Shown: positions 18,515 through 24,624 of the stretch, one piece after another
Position numbering within the stretch: the first letter of the stretch is position 1
Layout of the letters: each line of letters opens with the position of its first letter
DNA from: Pseudomonadota bacterium
GTDB lineage: Bacteria; Pseudomonadota; Gammaproteobacteria; Chromatiales; Chromatiaceae
Assembly (NCBI GenBank): GCA_034717755.1
Contig: JAYELV010000212.1
Coordinates: 1 to 36,654 of the forward strand
DNA length: 36,654 bases
Direction of reading: 5' to 3'
Position numbers and translations under genes: made by a program
Notes under the pieces: generated by a model
Databases searched by the model: none
Seen by the model: only the letters and a program-made list of their open reading frames with translations
What the model was told of the DNA's origin: nothing

Positions 18515-20200
18515 CTAAACCGGCTTGACCGTCTCTTCGAGCAGTGTTGCACCCAACTGCTGCTGAGCAGCTTTGACGAGCGGATCCTGCGCCATCTGTG
18601 CGCGGGCATCCACAATTTTTTGCTCATCCACCAGCGCCTGCTGCTGTGCAGGCGTATCGCTTCCGGGTTCACCAATCTCGATTTCCAACTGCAGTGAGGT
18701 GTTCAAATGCTTGCGCACAGCTTGCAGCAGGCGTTTTTCAGACATTTCACTCTTCAGCGCCTGGTGATTCTGCTGCAGTGTCAAACACAGACGCTTGTCA
18801 TCGAGACTTTTTAATGAGCAGTTTACCGCCAGTTGACGGCTCACCCCTCCCAGATCAAGTTGTGCAACAATCGCGGACCAGTCATCTGAGGCTGGAGTTA
18901 AAGTTCCAGCATTTGCTGCAGTTGCAGAGGTCGTTGATGATGTTTGTGCCGGTTGTGCCTGCGAAACTGACGCCTGCCGGCCTGAAGCATACCCGGGAGA
19001 TGCCTGATGAATATTCTGATTGGCAGGAGCGGATGCTGTCTGGGCAGAGACGCTACCGGCACCGGGATGCTGCTGCGTTTTACTCTTCACTGCTGCCTGC
19101 TGAGGTTTGCCCCCTCCTGCATCGGGTCGAAAAGCCAACATGCGCAGCAGCACCATTTCGAAGCCGCTACGCAGATCCGGCGCATGAATCATATCGCGTT
19201 TACCGGTGACTCCTATCTGATAATAGAGCTGTACATCTTCAGGCTGCAGAGTGTTTGCCAATTGTGTCAGGCTGGAGGCATCAGCCTCCTCCCTCTCCAC
19301 ACCGGGCAAGGCCAGCTCGATAGCAATACGATGCAAAATACGCAGCATTTCATCCAGCACCGAGAGAAAATCCGGGGCGCGTTCGGCGACTTCAGCAATG
19401 CGCTGCATCATCAAGGCTCCGTCACCGCTACTGACTGCTTCCAGCAACCCATAGACATAATCACGTGAAACCGTCCCCAACATCATCTGCACGCGTGACT
19501 CGCGTACCTCACCGGCGCCAAAGGCGATCGCCTGATCCATCAGGCTCAGCCCGTCACGCATACTGCCATCAGCACCCGAAGCGAGCAGCGCCAGCGCCTG
19601 CTGATCAAAATCAATTTTTTCAGAAGTTAGAATATGCTGCAGCTGGCCAGCAATCTGATCATGCGTCAAACGCTTCAAACCAAACTGCAGGCAGCGCGAC
19701 AGAACTGTCATGGGTAATTTTTGAGGATCAGTCGTGGCCAACAGGAACTTGACGTGTGGAGGCGGCTCCTCGAGTGTCTTCAGCAGTGCATTGAAGCTTC
19801 CTGCAGAAAACATGTGCACCTCGTCGATCAGGTACACCTTGTAGCGTCCCCGCACTGGAGCATAGGGGACATTCTCAAGCAGCTCACGCGTCTGGTCAAC
19901 CTTGGTGCGCGAAGCTGCATCGACCTCCAGCAGATCAATAAAACGCCCCTGGTCGATCTCCTCGCAGGAGTTGCATTCACCGCAGGGTTTCGAGGAGATC
20001 CCCTCTTCACAGTTCAGTGCCTTGGCAAAAATCCGCGCCAGGGTGGTTTTACCGACACCGCGGGTGCCGGTAAAGAGATAGGCATGATGCAGACGATCAT
20101 TGTCCAGCGCATTGGAAAGCGCCTGTACAACATGCTGCTGCCCCACCAGCTCATCAAAGCTGTGAGGCCGCCACTTTCGCGCCAGCACCTCGTAAGACAT
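18515..20200 (-). CDS. dnaX: DNA polymerase III subunit tau (DnaX)
   Basis: N-terminus MSYEVLARKWRPHSFDELVGQ, Walker A GTRGVGKTT and Zn module CGECNSCEE. The start was trimmed from 20377 to the ATG at 20198-20200, because the extension overlaps the SRP RNA. Confidence 0.93.
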   Translation of the reverse strand: MSYEVLARKWRPHSFDELVGQQHVVQALSNALDNDRLHHAYLFTGTRGVGKTTLARIFAKALNCEEGISSKPCGECNSCEEIDQGRFIDLLEVDAASRTKVDQTRELLENVPYAPVRGRYKVYLIDEVHMFSAGSFNALLKTLEEPPPHVKFLLATTDPQKLPMTVLSRCLQFGLKRLTHDQIAGQLQHILTSEKIDFDQQALALLASGADGSMRDGLSLMDQAIAFGAGEVRESRVQMMLGTVSRDYVYGLLEAVSSGDGALMMQRIAEVAERAPDFLSVLDEMLRILHRIAIELALPGVEREEADASSLTQLANTLQPEDVQLYYQIGVTGKRDMIHAPDLRSGFEMVLLRMLAFRPDAGGGKPQQAAVKSKTQQHPGAGSVSAQTASAPANQNIHQASPGYASGRQASVSQAQPAQTSSTTSATAANAGTLTPASDDWSAIVAQLDLGGVSRQLAVNCSLKSLDDKRLCLTLQQNHQALKSEMSEKRLLQAVRKHLNTSLQLEIEIGEPGSDTPAQQQALVDEQKIVDARAQMAQDPLVKAAQQQLGATLLEETVKPV

Positions 20201-20300
20201 ATCTAATAAACGTATCTGAAACAGATGATCAGCAGCCGCAGTACCGGGAAGCACTGCGCGCATGAGCTGAAACCTGCGGCTTAAAAGCCTGAAATTAGGA

Positions 20301-20415
20301 GGTGACCCGCACCAGCCACACCCCGGCACACGAATCAACTGCTGCGGCTGCTCCCTTCCAGGCCTGACCGGGTTCACAATCTATCGTTGCGAGGGGACCC
20401 ATGCGTGTCACCATT
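20301..20415 (-). ncRNA. ffs: Signal recognition particle RNA (4.5S, ffs)
   Basis: The minus strand reads ...cccctcgcaacg...ggtcaggcctGGAAgggagcagccgcagc...gtgtgccgggg...gcgggtcacc. This matches the conserved domain IV (GGAA tetraloop, AGCAGCC) of E. coli 4.5S RNA. The terminal helix is ggtgac/gtcacc. A TATAAT sits at 20424-20429 on the minus strand. The ends are approximate, +/-10 nt. Confidence 0.8.
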
Positions 20416-20475
20416 AGCTCGTCATTATATCGAATTTCACAGATTGTGCCGTTAATTTTCTGCTCAGAATTCAAT

Positions 20476-20504
20476 TGCGTTCAAAACGGACTTTCTATAC
20501 AATC
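20476..20504 (+). promoter_or_regulatory. Sigma70-type promoter of tRNA-Ser with GC-rich discriminator
   Basis: TTGCGT (20476-20481), a 17-nt spacer, then TACAAT (20499-20504). The discriminator cccgccc follows, and the tRNA 5' end is at 20515. Confidence 0.55.
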
Positions 20505-20514
20505 CCGCCCTTGT

Positions 20515-20602
20515 GGAGAAGTGTCCGAGTGGCTGAAGGAGCACGCCTGGAAAGTGTGTATACGGCAACGTATCGAGGGTTCGAATCCCTCCTTCTCCGC
20601 CA
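20515..20602 (+). tRNA. tRNA-Ser (anticodon GGA), class II with long variable arm, encoded CCA
   Basis: Sequence is ggagaagtgtccgagtggctgaaggagcacgcctGGAaagtgtgtatacggcaacgtatcgagggttcgaatccctccttctccgcca. The acceptor stem ggagaag/cttctcc and the T arm gaggg-ttcgaat-ccctc both pair. Confidence 0.92.
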
Positions 20603-20696
20603 GACAAAATATTCCAGATTGATGCCATTATCTGAATCGATTTAGAGAACAGAAGCCTGGGAGCGGAGGGATGAGAACCCGATAGAGGGTTTGATC

Positions 20697-20760
20697 AAAT
20701 CGCCTGGAGCGATTTGAACGCGCGTAGCGCGACCCGCAGGGCGAAGGGCAGGACGCCCGA
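20697..20760. repeat. REP-like module with CCTGGAG-loop hairpin
   Basis: aaatcgCCTGGAGcgattTGAACGCGCgtAGCG..CCCG.AGGG is related to 11-56 (tttgCCTGGAGcaaagTTGAACGCGCcttgAGCGgCCCGaAGGG). The stems differ while the loop and tail are conserved. Confidence 0.6.
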
Positions 20761-20763
20761 AGT

Positions 20764-20785
20764 AATCCCTCCTTCTCCGCCAGAC
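20764..20785 (+). repeat. Perfect 22-nt direct repeat of the tRNA-Ser 3' end (att-like scar)
   Basis: aatccctccttctccgccagac is identical to 20584-20605. Confidence 0.85.
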
Positions 20786-20874
20786 GTTGAGTCACAGCAA
20801 GGCTTTCAGCCAGATATACCACCTTCCGTACAACCTTCTATTCCTGCTACACTGACCCTTTCAATTCAGCAGGG

Positions 20875-21084
20875 TCAACAGCACCTGGCTCCGGTCAATC
20901 CCCGAAGAGATTTACCGCATTGGTTTTTGGTTGCCATGTTACGAGCACAGGCAATATCTCCGAGGGCGGCACTGATTACCGCGCCATCTCCCTCATCCTC
21001 ATCGATGCAAGCCTCAAGGTAGAGGTTCATATCCTCTTCGGAATCGAGATAATCTGCGGCATCCCAGGGGGGTAAATGTGTCAA
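20875..21084 (-). pseudogene. C-terminally truncated addiction-module antidote protein (HigA-like HTH family), orphan
   Basis: WDAADYLDSEEDMNLYLEACIDE...AALGDIACARNM matches the conserved N-terminal half of this antitoxin family as I recall it. The ORF stops at 69 aa inside the expected HTH, where family members are roughly 95-100 aa. There is no cognate toxin ORF upstream. Confidence 0.55.
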
Positions 21085-21094
21085 CTTTCATGAT

Positions 21095-21436
21095 TCAAAC
21101 AACAGGCTGAATTCCTGCCAGTACCTTTTTCATCTTCGCCTTTGCCAAGGCAACGTCCAGTCCTACCTGCAAACGCAACCACCAGCCATCAGAAAGTCCG
21201 AATAGTTTGCACAACCGCAGATCAGTATCAACTGTGACAGCGCGTTTACCGGCGATGATCTCCCCGACGCGGGTTTGATCGACCCCCAGTTCTTTCGCCA
21301 GTTTATATTTCGACCAGCCGAGGGGTACCATAAACTCTTCAGTCAACATTTCACCCACCGTGACCCCGGGCATAATCTGGCCGTCGGAGACATCGGAGAA
21401 GTCGATTTTATCCAGGTCTTCAATTTTAATCGTCAT
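21095..21436 (-). CDS. higA: HigA-family antitoxin (XRE-type HTH)
   Basis: PGVTVGEMLTEEFMVPLGWSKYKLAKELGVDQTRVGEIIAGKRAVTVDTDLRLCKLFG is a typical HigA HTH. The ATG at 21434-21436 has GAGGA 6 nt upstream and lies 10 nt after the higB stop. Confidence 0.85.
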   Translation of the reverse strand: MTIKIEDLDKIDFSDVSDGQIMPGVTVGEMLTEEFMVPLGWSKYKLAKELGVDQTRVGEIIAGKRAVTVDTDLRLCKLFGLSDGWWLRLQVGLDVALAKAKMKKVLAGIQPVV

Positions 21437-21446
21437 GGTTTTCCTC

Positions 21447-21731
21447 TCAATGGTAGTCTCTGATTTCAACTTCAAAAGCATTGCCGTCTCGCCATTCAAA
21501 ACAGAGTCGCCATTGCTGGTTGATGCGGACGCTGTACAGACTGCCGAGTTTGCCCGAGAGACGTTCCAGACGGTTCCCCGGGGGATTGCGCATATCCTCT
21601 ATGTCCGTTGCCGTATCAAGCTGTTTCAACTTCCGATACGCAACCTGTTGGAGGTCATTCGAGAACCTGCGCACATGGGTTTTCTTGTACACTGCCGCTG
21701 TCTTTTTATCGGCAAAAGTTTTGATTGGCAT
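21447..21731 (-). CDS. higB: HigB toxin (RelE/ParE superfamily, plasmid maintenance killer protein)
   Basis: 94 aa: MPIKTFADKKT...PPGNRLERLSGKLGSLYSVRINQQWRLCFEW...VEIRDYH. The toxin-first gene order is typical of higBA. Confidence 0.88.
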   Translation of the reverse strand: MPIKTFADKKTAAVYKKTHVRRFSNDLQQVAYRKLKQLDTATDIEDMRNPPGNRLERLSGKLGSLYSVRINQQWRLCFEWRDGNAFEVEIRDYH

Positions 21732-21749
21732 GGATGAATACTAGCGCGA

Positions 21750-21764
21750 TGCAATAGTATTGCA
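21750..21764 (-). promoter_or_regulatory. Candidate HigA operator: perfect palindrome TGCAATA-n-TATTGCA
   Basis: tgcaatagtattgca lies 19-33 nt upstream of the higB ATG. Type II TA operons are normally autorepressed at such palindromes. Confidence 0.4.
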
Positions 21765-22015
21765 AAGGAATATTTACTTTGAGACTCACCCGTGTTTGAG
21801 TCACCTCTGCTACACTTGACGCATCCAACTCAATGGCTGTCATTCACTGCAACCTCAGAATCTGCTCAAACCACTGATTCAGAAATTGGCTGTAGTTGCT
21901 CCACGGTCATCCAAATATCTTCACACATCACCGGAAAAATAAAGCTGCAGAGCGAAGCGGCGCACCTTTATTTTGTCCGAGGGTATGTGACTGTTAACTG
22001 CCGGTTGCCAGCATG

Positions 22016-22281
22016 CTATTTGATCTGCTCCAGTTGCGGCAGAACATATTCACCGGAGAGGATGGCGTCATTTGGCTGATACATCCGAAGAATCACATAG
22101 AAGTTGCCCTTTGGTGCAGGTAGCCAGTTGGAGGCAAATTTGCTTTCGGGCTTTGTATGCTGGATGGGAATTTCAAATGAACCATTCTCGTCCACTTTTA
22201 GACCACCTGTATCGGTTCCCGCCTTGTATCGGTTAATTTCATTATCAGCAACAAACTCAGCCCCGGAAATAGTCTGTAGAA
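22016..22281 (-). pseudogene. 3' fragment of a DUF1214-domain protein gene
   Basis: This is an open frame without a start codon. It translates to ...EFVADNEINRYKAGTDTGGLKVDENGSFEIPIQHTKPESKFASNWLPAPKGNFYVILRMYQPNDAILSGEYVLPQLEQIK*. The NWLPAP.G.FY..LR.Y.P tail is characteristic of DUF1214 C-termini, which belong to proteins of several hundred aa. The frame is closed upstream by a TAA at 22282-22284. Confidence 0.5.
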
Positions 22282-22313
22282 TTTAGTCAGCATGGTCACC
22301 TCGGTTTGATAAA

Positions 22314-23087
22314 TTATTTGTTGTGACGTAAAAAACGATATGCCTCGTTGATCTGCTTGGATTTGCGATCCGCCAGTTCGCGGATCTCAATTCCCAGCAG
22401 TGAGACCTTATCGGGATGATACTGCCCCATTTTCGCTTTATAGGCTTTTCTGATTGTCGACTGGTCTGGATCCCCCTCGATCCCCAATATCTTGAATGCC
22501 TCTGCAGAGGTCGCTATTTCATTCAAATCACTCTCAGGATAGCCGGCGCCACCCTGCGAATAGACGGTCAAATTACCATATTCATCGACTTTCAATACAA
22601 AACGGTGTTGGCACAGCGGGCATTTTCCAACTCCTGCAGGCGGGGGAAAGGCGACCCTGATTTTCGTGCGGCAACTGGCGCACTGTATGATTCTGAATCG
22701 ATTGCTATTCAATGCAAATCCCTGTTGATGAAATCCATTCCCCGGATAAAAGACACGTGATTTTGGAATACCTACGACGATCATGAAGAGCACTTGCAGC
22801 ACAGGCATCAAAGCCAACAGAGATTGTGGAATGCCAACATTGATCATGAAAATGATCATCAGCATCGGTATCAGCGAGATCAGAACCAGCCAGGGAGACC
22901 AGCCTATATCACGGCAGCGCCTGATCTGCAGCGCAACAATGGAGAACAGGGGTATCAATGTCAGCTCGCCTGCTCGCAGTGCGATAAGTAACCATAAAAG
23001 CAGCAACACTCCCAGCAGCACCAACCAGTATAACTTGCGGTCGATGCGTCCCTTAAAGGAGAACAGCAGTGAGAGTATGCTCATCAT
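22314..23087 (-). CDS. Membrane protein fusing DUF805, a zinc ribbon and a C-terminal J domain
   Basis: DUF805 signatures are FKGRIDRKLYW and RRCRDIGWSPW, with about 3-4 TM segments. The zinc ribbon has CASC (136-139) and CPLC (156-159). The J domain is AFKILGIEGDPDQSTIRKAYKAKMGQYHPDK, with HPD at 224-226. Confidence 0.75.
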   Translation of the reverse strand: MMSILSLLFSFKGRIDRKLYWLVLLGVLLLLWLLIALRAGELTLIPLFSIVALQIRRCRDIGWSPWLVLISLIPMLMIIFMINVGIPQSLLALMPVLQVLFMIVVGIPKSRVFYPGNGFHQQGFALNSNRFRIIQCASCRTKIRVAFPPPAGVGKCPLCQHRFVLKVDEYGNLTVYSQGGAGYPESDLNEIATSAEAFKILGIEGDPDQSTIRKAYKAKMGQYHPDKVSLLGIEIRELADRKSKQINEAYRFLRHNK

Positions 23088-23153
23088 GTGGCGACGGGAG
23101 TGACTTCGCTCAATTGATCAAATAATGCGTCATACTACACCAATGACAGCCGT

Positions 23154-23186
23154 GCAGGGTGTAATAAGCGCCGCCTGTTACACCTG
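23154..23186. repeat. REP hairpin (diverged member of the GTAG-type family)
   Basis: gcagggtgtaataagcgccgcctgttacacctg is related to gtagggtgcaataagcggagcgcattgcacc at 15316-15346. Confidence 0.5.
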
Positions 23187-23281
23187 AAAATTGTCGATTG
23201 ATTGCATTTAAACCAGCCTGTAGAGGCTCTTTTTTTAAATCAACAGACATGATTGAGCAATGACCTGCTATAGTTCCTCGC

Positions 23282-23707
23282 ATGACAACTGAAATCAAGA
23301 ATTTAAGCCCCCAGGAAGCCTGGGATCTGCTGCAAAATGATCCGCGTGCTGTGCTTGTCGATGTACGTTCATCAATGGAATTTCTGTTCGTAGGCCATCC
23401 TACCGGTGCGGTGCATGTTCCCTGGATCGATGAACCCGACTGGGACATCAATCCTGACTTTGTGCCGGATATCAGAAAACTGATGCTTGGCGGCGCTGAA
23501 GCCGGCAGTAAAAGCGGTGCCGCACCAGTCATCCTGGTCTGCCGCAGCGGTAAACGCTCGCTGGTGGCCGGAGTCAAGCTGAAGCAGGCCGGACTGGATA
23601 ATATCTTTCATATCGGCGAAGGATTCGAAGGAGAACGCGACGAGGAGCACCATCGCAGCACCACCGGTGGCTGGCGTTTTCATGGACTGCCGTGGGAGCA
23701 GTGTTAA
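23282..23707 (+). CDS. Rhodanese-like sulfurtransferase domain protein
   Basis: 141 aa with the active-site loop VCRSGKRS and LVDVRS..EF in the N-terminal part. Confidence 0.82.
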   Translation: MTTEIKNLSPQEAWDLLQNDPRAVLVDVRSSMEFLFVGHPTGAVHVPWIDEPDWDINPDFVPDIRKLMLGGAEAGSKSGAAPVILVCRSGKRSLVAGVKLKQAGLDNIFHIGEGFEGERDEEHHRSTTGGWRFHGLPWEQC

Positions 23708-23714
23708 GGAAGAA

Positions 23715-23753
23715 TCCCCTCACCCTAACCCTCTCCCGGAGGGAGAGGGGATC
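23715..23753. repeat. GC-rich hairpin repeat (cccctcaccctaa-ccctctccc family)
   Basis: tcccctcaccctaaccctctcccggagggagaggggatc. It is near-identical to 24556-24594 and to the inverse of 16947-16984. Confidence 0.75.
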
Positions 23754-23793
23754 AGAACCAACATATCACAGCGTGAGTCGTTGCTGTTAACCG

Positions 23794-24537
23794 GTGGAAT
23801 ATACCGCAGAACTTCCACTACTGATTTTGATCGGCGTCATCGCCGGTTTTATCGATGCCATTGCCGGTGGCGGCGGCCTCGTCTCGCTACCGGCCCTGTT
23901 ATGGGCAGGCCTGCCGCCCGTCGAGGCGCTCGCCACCAATAAATTGCAGGGCACGGCCGGAACCTTTACGGCAACGCTCAATTACATACGCCACGGACTC
24001 ATCAAACCGCGTCAACTGCTGCTCGCGGTTGTGTGCACGGCACTCGGAGCGGCTGCCGGCGCCATGCTGGTACAGCAATTTTCGAATGATCTTCTTTCAC
24101 AAGTCATCCCCTGGCTGCTCATCTGCTTCGCGCTCTACTTTCTGTTCTCACCGCGCATGGATGGCAGTCAGCACCCGCAGCGTATCAAGCTGCTGCCCTT
24201 CTCGGTAATCATTGGTTTCAGCGTAGGATTCTATGACGGCTTCTTCGGACCGGGCGCCGGCTCTTTTTTCACAGTGGCGTTTGTATTGCTGCTCGGCTAT
24301 TCACTTCCCGAGGCAATTGGAGGGACAAAACTGCTGAACTTCACCAGCAACCTGGTGGCGCTGCTGGTGTTTCTGCTGAGTGGAAAGATTGTGTGGGTCG
24401 TCGGTCTCGGTATGGGCGTCGGGCAGATGATCGGCGCCTATACAGGCTCTCACCTGGCAGTACGCCATGGAGCGCGTCTGATACGGCCACTTCTGGTGGT
24501 GGTATCGATTGGCGTCTCCATCAAGTTGTTGATGTAG
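23794..24537 (+). CDS. TauE/SafE (DUF81) family anion/sulfite exporter
   Basis: 247 aa with about 7-8 TM segments and the motif GFIDAIAGGGGL. It uses a GTG start at 23794. Confidence 0.8.
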   Translation: MEYTAELPLLILIGVIAGFIDAIAGGGGLVSLPALLWAGLPPVEALATNKLQGTAGTFTATLNYIRHGLIKPRQLLLAVVCTALGAAAGAMLVQQFSNDLLSQVIPWLLICFALYFLFSPRMDGSQHPQRIKLLPFSVIIGFSVGFYDGFFGPGAGSFFTVAFVLLLGYSLPEAIGGTKLLNFTSNLVALLVFLLSGKIVWVVGLGMGVGQMIGAYTGSHLAVRHGARLIRPLLVVVSIGVSIKLLM

Positions 24538-24555
24538 ATTCTCTCAACCTGGATT

Positions 24556-24594
24556 CTCCCCCTCACCCTAACCCTCTCCTCAGGGAGAGGGGAT
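24556..24594. repeat. GC-rich hairpin repeat (same family as 23715-23753)
   Basis: ctccccctcaccctaaccctctcctcagggagaggggat. Confidence 0.75.
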
Positions 24595-24600
24595 ACGATT

Positions 24601-24624
24601 CTTAAAACCTAAAACCTAAAACCT
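24601..24624. repeat. Heptamer tandem array (CCTAAAA-type, 3 units plus a partial unit)
   Basis: cttaaaa cctaaaa cctaaaa ccta. The last CTA is the minus-strand TAG stop of the SQR-like gene. Confidence 0.8.

Noticed and set aside
18515-20200. Programmed -1 frameshift site in dnaX (gamma subunit), as in E. coli
   Set aside because: I found no A-AAA-AAG slippery heptamer in the appropriate middle region. The only A6 runs (gaaaaaatt near 19613 and caaaaaatt near 18617) are in the wrong context and position. A tau-only product is assumed.
20401-20622. 73-aa plus-strand ORF
   Set aside because: It reads straight through the tRNA-Ser gene and its promoter.
21792-22079. 95-aa plus-strand ORF between higB and the DUF1214 fragment
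   Set aside because: It has no motifs and overlaps the DUF1214 remnant on the other strand. The region looks like degraded DNA.
23215-23236. Terminator-like hairpin agcct-gtag-aggct followed by ctttttttaaa on the plus strand
   Set aside because: The stem is only 5 bp, and no plus-strand gene or recognisable sRNA lies upstream. It lies in the divergent promoter region of the J-protein and rhodanese genes.
23110-23577. 155-aa minus-strand ORF
   Set aside because: It is antisense to the rhodanese gene and extends into repeat DNA.
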